Positions 29,604-37,491 of a stretch of 39,927 nucleotides of DNA are shown here, in pieces. The stretch's first letter is position 1. Every line of letters begins with the position of its first letter. The translations under genes were made by a program, and so were the position numbers. This DNA is from Candidatus Hodarchaeum mangrovi. GTDB taxonomy: Archaea > Asgardarchaeota > Heimdallarchaeia > Hodarchaeales > Hodarchaeaceae. The notes under the pieces are model-generated. The model was not told where the DNA came from, ran no database searches, and was given only the letters and a program-made list of their open reading frames with translations. The DNA lies in assembly GCA_016839515.1 (NCBI GenBank), contig JAEOUE010000134.1, forward strand, positions 1 through 39,927. Direction: 5' to 3'.

Positions 29604-30593
29604 ATGCTTAGTGAGAAATGTAGTGAATGTGGTAGCAATTCTATACTGTACGATGATATGAGAGGAGAGCTAATATGTGAAGATTGTGGTTTAGTAGCTA
29701 ATAGCATAATTTTCAGTCGTGAACCAGAGTGGCGAGCCTATAACGCAGAGGAAGAAAAGTCAAAGATTCGAGTAGGTTTACCTGTAACTGCATTAAATAA
29801 TCGTGAAATGAGAACTGTGATCGGAGGAAATACAAAAGACTCTTATGGTAAAACATTGGATAATACTACTCAGGCGAAATTTGCTCGTTTATCGCAGATG
29901 GATGAACGGATTCAAGATAGAACCACACGGAATCTAAAAAGTGCTTTAGTTGAACTGAAAAGGATAAAATCTCACCTAAATATTGCTGATGATGTTGCTG
30001 AAACAGCTGTTTTATTTTATAAGAAGGCATTAAAACAAGATCTAATAAAAGGACGTTCTGTCATTGGAATGATGAGTGCAGCAACATATCTTGCATGCCG
30101 AAAAAAAGGCACATCAATCACACTGAAAGATACTGCTGAAGTAGCAAATATTAGCTCAAAAGAACTCGGGAGATGTATAAGAATTTATCTTCAGAATGTG
30201 AATATGAATAAAGAAACATCTCCAGATCCAACTACACTAATAAATCGTCTCGGAGAAAATCTTGGATTAACTATGTACACACAGAAAATCGCTATTGACA
30301 TTCTCATAGAGGCTAAAGAGAAAAAGTTAACAATTGGAAAGATACCAATGTCTTTAGCAGCTGCAGCAATCTATATTGCATCCATACAAACTGGAGAAAG
30401 AAGAACACAGCAACAAATTGCTGAACCAGCAAAAACAACACCAGTCACAATTCGTAACCGATTTAAGGAGCTTGCCAAAGGATTAGGCTTAAAAAATTTT
30501 GAAGTAAAACGTGGAGCAGCAGCAAAGCCAGTAATAATTGAAAATCCAACCCAATGGGTTAGAAAAAAACGAAAAGCTGCTAGAAATGATTAG
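29604..30593 (+). CDS. tfb: Transcription initiation factor IIB (TFB)
   Basis: Zn ribbon CSECG ... GELICEDCGLV, B-reader EPEWRAY, two cyclin repeats (KGRS ... AATYLACR; GKIPMSLAAAAIYIAS ... VTIRNRFKEL). Confidence 0.96.
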   Translation: MLSEKCSECGSNSILYDDMRGELICEDCGLVANSIIFSREPEWRAYNAEEEKSKIRVGLPVTALNNREMRTVIGGNTKDSYGKTLDNTTQAKFARLSQMDERIQDRTTRNLKSALVELKRIKSHLNIADDVAETAVLFYKKALKQDLIKGRSVIGMMSAATYLACRKKGTSITLKDTAEVANISSKELGRCIRIYLQNVNMNKETSPDPTTLINRLGENLGLTMYTQKIAIDILIEAKEKKLTIGKIPMSLAAAAIYIASIQTGERRTQQQIAEPAKTTPVTIRNRFKELAKGLGLKNFEVKRGAAAKPVIIENPTQWVRKKRKAARND

Positions 30594-31035
30594 ATCCTTT
30601 CTTCTTTTTTATCAATTCTTGTATGTCTTGTATGAAAAACTGTGCATCATTAATAAAATCCTTTATATTAATAATTAAAAGCGAACGTAAGCCAAAATGA
30701 CCATAAGCTATCTTAAGTGTGTCAATTGCTCTTCTTAAGCGTCTAGAACACTCAAAAGCAGGATTTATTTTGAACGTTTCCTCTAAAAAAATTAAATCAT
30801 TCACTCGTTGTTCATAAGCTTCTATCGGAAGGAAGAAACTCGATTCTTCAATATAACCTTGGAATCTTGCTTCAGGGAAATCTCTATAGTGTGTTAATAA
30901 GTTATCAGTTGCAATTATCATACTAATGACAATAGTTTTTAATGCAAACAGCTTATGCATCGTGTTTGTAGCATTGACATATGTACGAATAGATAAGTTG
31001 AGATAATCCCAAGCATCATCAACAATATCTACCAA
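30580..31035 (-). CDS. Hypothetical all-helical protein (weak HEPN-like appearance)
   Basis: 151-aa ORF co-oriented with yjbQ; amphipathic helices; 14-nt convergent overlap with tfb. Confidence 0.6.
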   Translation of the reverse strand: MVDIVDDAWDYLNLSIRTYVNATNTMHKLFALKTIVISMIIATDNLLTHYRDFPEARFQGYIEESSFFLPIEAYEQRVNDLIFLEETFKINPAFECSRRLRRAIDTLKIAYGHFGLRSLLIINIKDFINDAQFFIQDIQELIKKKKGSNHF

Positions 31036-31125
31036 TAGTAAAATCCCAGATCGATCTTTTTCTGTGTAGGTAATTTGTATGAATTTAGTTTTTAAGGATG
31101 TTCAAAACTTTATCTTTCTAGAAAC

Positions 31126-31545
31126 TTATTCTCCTAAAATTGTAACCATGAGATTTCTATTTCGAGATTTTATATCTAGTTCGATAAATGCTATTTGTTG
31201 CCATGTTCCATGAACGATCCGTCCATTTTCAATAGGAAGAGTTAAGGAAGGACCAAGTAAAGAAGCTCTAACATGTGAATGTCCATTTTTATCATGCCAC
31301 GTCTGTTCATGAGCATAATTAATTTTTTTAGGTATAATTCGCTCCAAAAAGTTAGGAATATCCTTTAAAAGTCCAGGTTCATATTCTAATGTTATAATCG
31401 ATCCTGTTGATCCGGCATTGAATACATTTAAGATTCCTGTTGATATGCCAGATTCCATCACGAGTTTTTCCAAATTTGGAGTAATATTGATGATATCATT
31501 TTCGTTTGTCTTTAGTAAAGGCAATTTTGTCTGTATAACACTCAT
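31126..31545 (-). CDS. yjbQ: YjbQ/UPF0047 family protein (secondary thiamine-phosphate synthase-like)
   Basis: IINITP, GSTGSI ... EYEPGL, YAHE, NGHSHVRASLLGPS, GTWQQI ... ELD. Confidence 0.92.
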   Translation of the reverse strand: MSVIQTKLPLLKTNENDIINITPNLEKLVMESGISTGILNVFNAGSTGSIITLEYEPGLLKDIPNFLERIIPKKINYAHEQTWHDKNGHSHVRASLLGPSLTLPIENGRIVHGTWQQIAFIELDIKSRNRNLMVTILGE

Positions 31546-31606
31546 TTTTCCATCAAATTATATGGATTTTAATAAAGTCTTAATTTTTACTAATTAAAAA
31601 AATCTC

Positions 31607-34057
31607 CTAACGAGCTAAATGGACTAAGATTTGACCTTTTAGTATATTTCCTATTACATCTACAATCATAAAAGTAATCAGATATTTGTCTAAGGTGTGA
31701 TATTTATGATGTGATTTTAATTTAGGGACTTGAATTATCTTTTTACCTCTGAATTCCCGCCAAGATAAAAAAGAATAATCATTAAACTTATTTTTTGAAT
31801 ACCAGTCGACACTCCAGTAATCAACTAATGAATTAAATTCTAAATTTGGTTGAATATCATTATCCAACAGATTTAGCTGAAAGTCCTTTAAAGTAAGATT
31901 AACCTCTGTTGTTTTGATTTCTACATAGAAAATTGCCTTTATGTGAACAGGTTTCCTATTATACTCTCCCTCAAAAGAAAATTCAATAGAATCAGAAGGT
32001 AGAACTACTTTAGAACATTTTAATGGTGTTTTGACATCATTCTTATTTGTTAAATACAATAAATTAAACGGGGAAAAATTAGAATTTTTAAAAATTCGCT
32101 TTTTGATTTCTTGAATTGAATACGAACTTATATCAGCTCCTATCCACCCTCTTTTCATCTTTTCTGCTACTGCAAGAGTTGTTCCTGATCCTGCAAAAAA
32201 ATCTCCTATAAAATCCTTTTCAGAGGTTGAAATTTCTAGAATCCTTCTTAATAACACTTCAGAGTTTTCTGTAGGGTACCACGTTTTCTTTACTTTTTCA
32301 TAACCTGCAATATCAACCCAAATATTATCATTTGGGTATTCAATCTCAGCAAAATCTTGGAATTTACGTTTTTTCTTATTAATTTTAATTAAATTTAATT
32401 TCGAATCCTTTGAAACACGATAAACATAAATACTATCTGAATGAACAATTAAATGCTTTTGATGATATGCCTGTTTGTTTGAAAGATTCTTCTTCATCCG
32501 ACGGACAATTAATTCGACAACGAAATTTTTTTGGCCAAAAACCATATCCAATAATTCTTGCGCATAATGACCAAAATGATAATCAAATCTTACGAAAATA
32601 AATCCATCATCACAAAGAAGATGTTTCATTATTCTAATCCGAAAATAAAACCAATTTCGAAAAAAATCTATCGCATTAAATGATGGAGGAGTATTTTTGT
32701 AAGCTATTTCTTCAAAGAATTGTTCTGAATGATTCTTAGATCCCTTAAGTGGAATTATTATTTTTTCTGGAACTCCGGTAAAGAAAGGAGGATCAATATA
32801 AATCGCTTTTAACCGTTTTTCCCATTCTTTACGGAGTAAATGACATGAATGGAGATTATCACCACTGATTAAGAAATTTTCAATAGTATTATTGAAAATA
32901 AAACGTGAATCAGGAGAGAATCTTTCAGTATGAACCAATTTATATTCAGGATCGTGAATTGAATCTTTTTTTTGTTTAAAAAAAGAAAGAGATGATCTAA
33001 AAGGGATTTTTCGCTCGCAAAAATTCTTATCAGATACTTTAAAGTATTTTAATGCTGAACTCTGAGGAAAAATTGATATCAAATGCCCTATTCTTTCATT
33101 AGAAGGTTGAATTCCAATCCAAATTAACCTATGAGAGTTGCATATATCTTGATATAACGAAGGGTTTGGTGAAATTAAAATGAACTGATCTTGAGCTTCA
33201 TTATACATCTCAATTAACCGATTTAAGACCTTTTTTGAGAGGACCAATGATCCATTAGAGAATGAATAACTTTCCAGGTCTAACCAATTTGTATCAATAA
33301 TTTGTCCTTTTTTCTCTGTAACCCAGTATTCAGGTGATCCTTTACTATTCAATCTAATTTTTTTCTCTTTACATAATTCTAAAATCCTTTTTTGATTTAA
33401 TTTCCAATGCGTTCCTGTAGGAGGAGTTAAAATCATATGTTTCCCAGCAATTATGAAAGATTTTGGTTTTCCCTGCCCCTTAGAAACGAAAGAATGCCAA
33501 TAGCCTCCACTACTTTTTGTATTATATATCGGCTTTAAAGGATAAGGGAATTCCTTTGAATAAAGAAGAATATAATTAGTTCGTTCGAAAATTTCTGTAG
33601 TAGATCCATAAAAAACCTTAAATGGACTATCAATTATAATTTCGTTGATAAAATTTTCAATTCCAAAGATTTCATCTAAAAGAATTTTTATTTTTGATTT
33701 AACACTGCCATTAAGAGCAATAGCAAGGATTCCTTTATCAGATAGCAATTCGTATGTACTTTTAAATGATAAGTATATTTCATCCATGAACCCTTGAAAC
33801 TTTTTTGATTCTAATTTTATTAAAAATTGTTTAACATCTCTTAAACTTAAATTAGAATATTTTTCACGTAAAATGGGATTAGCTCTAAAGAAATAAAACG
33901 AAATATCTTGAAAAATATAATTAAATCTCTTTTTACTTGAAATTAACTGATTTAATACCTCTTCACGATTTCCTATTAGGATTGTTTGAGTTTCAATATT
34001 AGATAGTGATCCCTTATATTCACGGAGCTCATCAAACGTTCCAGTTGACTTTTCCAT
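31607..34057 (-). CDS. Type III Mod-like beta-class adenine methyltransferase with an internally duplicated MTase domain (N copy degenerate, C copy intact)
   Basis: C copy: SGDNL, IYIDPPFF (aa ~422), YPTENSEVLLRRIL, GDFFAGSGTT (aa ~621). N copy: IGNRE, YIFQDISF, LLDEIFGIENFINEII, PPTGTHWK TRD. C-terminal VDYWSVDW ... VDVIGN domain. Confidence 0.88.
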   Translation of the reverse strand: MEKSTGTFDELREYKGSLSNIETQTILIGNREEVLNQLISSKKRFNYIFQDISFYFFRANPILREKYSNLSLRDVKQFLIKLESKKFQGFMDEIYLSFKSTYELLSDKGILAIALNGSVKSKIKILLDEIFGIENFINEIIIDSPFKVFYGSTTEIFERTNYILLYSKEFPYPLKPIYNTKSSGGYWHSFVSKGQGKPKSFIIAGKHMILTPPTGTHWKLNQKRILELCKEKKIRLNSKGSPEYWVTEKKGQIIDTNWLDLESYSFSNGSLVLSKKVLNRLIEMYNEAQDQFILISPNPSLYQDICNSHRLIWIGIQPSNERIGHLISIFPQSSALKYFKVSDKNFCERKIPFRSSLSFFKQKKDSIHDPEYKLVHTERFSPDSRFIFNNTIENFLISGDNLHSCHLLRKEWEKRLKAIYIDPPFFTGVPEKIIIPLKGSKNHSEQFFEEIAYKNTPPSFNAIDFFRNWFYFRIRIMKHLLCDDGFIFVRFDYHFGHYAQELLDMVFGQKNFVVELIVRRMKKNLSNKQAYHQKHLIVHSDSIYVYRVSKDSKLNLIKINKKKRKFQDFAEIEYPNDNIWVDIAGYEKVKKTWYPTENSEVLLRRILEISTSEKDFIGDFFAGSGTTLAVAEKMKRGWIGADISSYSIQEIKKRIFKNSNFSPFNLLYLTNKNDVKTPLKCSKVVLPSDSIEFSFEGEYNRKPVHIKAIFYVEIKTTEVNLTLKDFQLNLLDNDIQPNLEFNSLVDYWSVDWYSKNKFNDYSFLSWREFRGKKIIQVPKLKSHHKYHTLDKYLITFMIVDVIGNILKGQILVHLAR

Positions 34058-34113
34058 TGGAATTAACCCATTATATAAGTATCCATTTTCAATTACATAT
34101 AGGAATCTTAATT

Positions 34114-35121
34114 TTATCCCTTAAATGACAAAGCAACCCAGAAATTAAATAATAAGCGGAGATTTCCAGAAGAACGAAAAAGATACTCAAGATCTTTTGG
34201 AGAGATTTTGTCTTGATTCTTACGTAATTTATCTAATAATTCACCAATAGTAGGCAATTTCATCTCATAGTCAGCTTCAATTGCTTTAACAGACTTACTA
34301 GGATTTAAATTGTTGTCTAGTAACTCTAAACCATTAGAATTTTGATCTATCATCAATAATGTTCTTATAATACCTTCTTTTTCTTCACCTTCGGAAATTC
34401 GATTATGGGTTCCTCTCCATTTAGTTTTTTTCCCAACACCTCTTTCACCACCTCCTGGTAATAAAATCATATTTGATCCTGTTATTCTCCACCTAGCGGA
34501 ATCGCATCCATCAACTAAATATTGAAGATCTTGCATTAAGCTTGGAGCTCCAACGCCTAAAGCCCAAATTTTGGTATTTTTTAAATTTTTTTCGGAGAAA
34601 AAATCTCTAATTTCTTCAATAATGGGAAAAAGCTTATTTCCATGTCCACCACCACTTCGCATTAAAGATACTAATCTTCCGATAAAAATCCACTTTAAAT
34701 TTGATTCAATATCAGTTATTGAATTAATTAAATCTAATTGATTATAAGGAAGGACTGGATATACTTCTAATGAGTGTAGTTTGTTATAATTCGATATTAT
34801 TTTATCATCAGGATAATCTAATGTGATTTTGAATATGTTTGGATCTTGATTATTTAGTTCAATATATAAATCTTTTAAATCTTCTAATTCTATTGTGATT
34901 TTATTTTTCCGATTTAACGCGGAAAAAGCTCCAGAATCACAAATTAATAATCCATCCCAATCTAGAATTTCTCTAATTCCCTTTTTTTCTAATTGTTTAA
35001 ACGCACGAGGACTAGTTAAGAAGTCAATAGCAGAAACCATAAGGGCATCTGGCTTTATAGTCCAGTCAAAAATCCATGGTTTAAACCGTGAAAAAATTGG
35101 TGTTCCCATAGCAAAAATCAA
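34114..35121 (-). CDS. TGT/DpdA-like guanine transglycosylase-fold protein A
   Basis: TIM-barrel motif order: MIFAMG, LICDSGAFS, ITLDYP, WIFIG, IWALGVG, DGCDSARW, C-terminal RLLFNF; no Zn cluster or PUA domain. Confidence 0.72.
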   Translation of the reverse strand: MIFAMGTPIFSRFKPWIFDWTIKPDALMVSAIDFLTSPRAFKQLEKKGIREILDWDGLLICDSGAFSALNRKNKITIELEDLKDLYIELNNQDPNIFKITLDYPDDKIISNYNKLHSLEVYPVLPYNQLDLINSITDIESNLKWIFIGRLVSLMRSGGGHGNKLFPIIEEIRDFFSEKNLKNTKIWALGVGAPSLMQDLQYLVDGCDSARWRITGSNMILLPGGGERGVGKKTKWRGTHNRISEGEEKEGIIRTLLMIDQNSNGLELLDNNLNPSKSVKAIEADYEMKLPTIGELLDKLRKNQDKISPKDLEYLFRSSGNLRLLFNFWVALSFKG

Positions 35122-35621
35122 TTGAATTCCCTTAATACCATTTGATACCTTTTAGGATTTTTGAAATATTTTTCTAAAAATCTTACTAACTTTTGTTGTC
35201 CAACTCCTAGTCCACCCATTGAATCTATTTCAATAGTGGTCGGAATGAAGTCTTGAATCCCCTCAACACTCAATAAATATACTTTTCCCATGAGAATATA
35301 AATCAAATCAAAATATTCTTTCTTATTCCACTCTTGAACGGATGAAATGACACTTAAACGATGTTTCTGTGCAATTTTGGGTGTCATTTTTAAATCATAA
35401 TATTCAATTAAATCAAAACTATGAAGAAATCCATATTTTGCTGATATTATTCCCAGAAATAGATTTTCAGGCCAGTATGGTAATCTTTTTCGTAAGACCT
35501 GATACATTGGTCCTAAATAAGCATCAATCGCTTTCACGGGTTTAACTTTGAGATCTGGGTTCTTTTTCTTACCACAAGACAATATTAAGAGAATTTTTGA
35601 GTCTTTCAAAGTATGTATCAA
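35118..35621 (-). CDS. DUF6884-like (YaaA/DUF5591-related) small protein
   Basis: LILSCGKKK, KAIDAYLGPMY, IISAKYGF, IEYYDLKM, LMGKVY, GGLGVGQQ; TTGA stop/start overlap with TGT-like A. Confidence 0.75.
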   Translation of the reverse strand: MIHTLKDSKILLILSCGKKKNPDLKVKPVKAIDAYLGPMYQVLRKRLPYWPENLFLGIISAKYGFLHSFDLIEYYDLKMTPKIAQKHRLSVISSVQEWNKKEYFDLIYILMGKVYLLSVEGIQDFIPTTIEIDSMGGLGVGQQKLVRFLEKYFKNPKRYQMVLREFN

Positions 35622-35678
35622 CTCTTAAAAACAACTAAAAAGGATGAAATATTACTCTGTATAATTGGATTCTTTATC

Positions 35679-36626
35679 ATGATTTTATATTTAGGGATTG
35701 TGCCTGGTTTCTTCCCTCACATTGAAGAGGCATTGATCTTAAAAAAGATGAAAGAAATAAACGCAGGATTGATGTTTTCTTATTGGACATTTCGAAAATT
35801 CATACCTAAGATTATATCTAAAGGAATACATGATTTTTTTTCATATGAAGGACCGATCATGATTGACTCAGGAGCTTACAGTGCTTTCAATATGGGCATT
35901 TCTATTTCCTGTGAGGATTATGCAAATTTTCTAAAGAAAATTGACTTAAAATTAAAAGATAAAATTGTTAATCTTGACCTGATAGGAGATTATCAAAAAT
36001 CATTTTCCAATTGGAAATATCTTTCCAAAATGATAGATACTTCTATCATCCCAGTCATTCATTTTCCAGAAATAAATTCTAATTATCCGAATTGTAAAAT
36101 TATTGGATTAGGAGGTATGGTTCCATCCTTAAAAATAAATCAACCTGGAAGTATTTATAATGTAGGAAAATGGGTCGTATTAATTAGCTCCAAAAATCCT
36201 GGTAAAGAATATCATGGATTTGGAATAGGAAGTCCATTTAATCAAATCATTTTTTGGAATTATTTATCCTCTTTAGATTGGATTGGTTGGCGAAGAAATG
36301 CTGCAGTATGTGAATGTTATACCCCTGAAGGGTCAAAAACTGTAACAGAGGCAAGAAAAAAACCAACCAAAAGATCTTCATTAAGTCAATCCTTATTCGA
36401 TCAATATAAACCACCTTTTATTGAAAGCTTCAATTTACTTAGCTTACCAGGAACAAAAGGGTGGAAATACAGAGCATTATGGAATGTTTGGTGGTTTTTA
36501 AATTGTCAGAATTGGCAAGTAGTAATAGATCAGTCCAAATATGTAAGAAGCATGAAAGAAAGAATGAGAAAGATAATTTCTAATACAAATAATAAATTTT
36601 TAAGGAATACACAAAATTATTCCTAG
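35679..36626 (+). CDS. TGT/DpdA-like guanine transglycosylase-fold protein B (start reassigned from 35613 to ATG 35679)
   Basis: MILYLG, LMFSY, IMIDSGAYS, VNLDLIGD, IIPVIH, IGLGGMVP, YHGFGIG, SSLDWIGW, C-terminal RALWNV. Confidence 0.75.
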   Translation: MILYLGIVPGFFPHIEEALILKKMKEINAGLMFSYWTFRKFIPKIISKGIHDFFSYEGPIMIDSGAYSAFNMGISISCEDYANFLKKIDLKLKDKIVNLDLIGDYQKSFSNWKYLSKMIDTSIIPVIHFPEINSNYPNCKIIGLGGMVPSLKINQPGSIYNVGKWVVLISSKNPGKEYHGFGIGSPFNQIIFWNYLSSLDWIGWRRNAAVCECYTPEGSKTVTEARKKPTKRSSLSQSLFDQYKPPFIESFNLLSLPGTKGWKYRALWNVWWFLNCQNWQVVIDQSKYVRSMKERMRKIISNTNNKFLRNTQNYS

Positions 36627-36648
36627 TGTTTATTTTGGAGAAAGAAAA

Positions 36649-37401
36649 TTGGAAATTCTAGATCAAATTGTTGAAATAATAAAAAAGTCTAAATATCTAG
36701 TCATTTTCACAGGAGCGGGTATTTCAACTGAATCAGGATTACCAGATTATAGAGGTCCAGAAGGGGTATGGACATTACGAGCTAAAGGATTAAAGCCAAA
36801 AATGCCCGATAAGCCATATTCAGCGATTAATCCTAACGTGGGGCATTATGTTTTAGTTCGTTTATACAAGCATGGGTTTCTAAAATATTTGATTTCTCAA
36901 AATGTTGACAACCTGCATATAAAATCAGGTATTCCAGAAAAAATTATTGCAGAACTTCATGGAAATTCTAATAAGATGAAGTGTTTAATCTGTGATAAAG
37001 GATTCACAAAGAATGAAATTGGGTGGAATGATGCGATCCACGGGAGGGGTTATCGCACACAAAAACCGTTAGAAAATCAACCAAAATGCTCTTCTTGCTC
37101 TGGTAGATTAATTTCGTCAGTTGTGAACTTTAATGACCCAATGCCTGAAAAAGAAATGGCTGAAGCGGAAATAAATTCTAAACGTGCAGATGTTATGATT
37201 GTAATAGGATCTACTTTAAGTGTTTTCCCAGCAGCTAATTTTCCAATCATTGCTAAAAATAATGGAGCAACTTTAATTATCATTAATTTGGGACCAACAG
37301 AATTAGATCATCTCGCAGATTTTCGAGTTTCTGGAAAATCTGGTGAAGTCTTATCTAATATATTAAAGAGATTAGAACAGCAATTAGACCTTGAAAGCTA
37401 G
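36649..37401 (+). CDS. NAD-dependent sirtuin deacylase with class IV (SIRT6/7)-like signatures
   Basis: [46 protein letters not shown]/CSSC Zn module, [17 protein letters not shown]. Confidence 0.92.
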   Translation: [250 protein letters not shown]

Positions 37402-37491
37402 TATAAATATTTCGGAAGACTCATTCATTTAATGTACAAATTAAAAAAGGGTTTAAGAAACATCTATTTGAGTTAAAAATTATTTGAAATG

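Noticed and set aside
30560-30577. Nuclear-localisation-like RKKRK in the TFB tail
   Set aside because: Short basic runs are frequent in AT-rich, Lys-rich proteomes, so there is no functional basis for the call.
35613-35678. Track start (ATG 35613) for TGT-like B
   Set aside because: It overlaps the start of the divergent DUF6884-like gene and leaves no promoter space. ATG 35679 gives MILYLG, which parallels MIFAMG of paralogue A.
34114-36626. Canonical archaeosine or queuine tRNA-guanine transglycosylase (tgtA/tgt)
   Set aside because: DSGA rather than DSGG, no Zn-binding Cys cluster or His, no PUA domain, and a DNA-MTase context. tRNA activity is not excluded, but the canonical annotation is unsupported.
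36649-37401. Defence-type SIR2 NADase (ThsA/DSR-like)
   Set aside because: Single-domain 250-aa protein with an intact Zn module and standard deacylase motifs, and no fused sensor domain.
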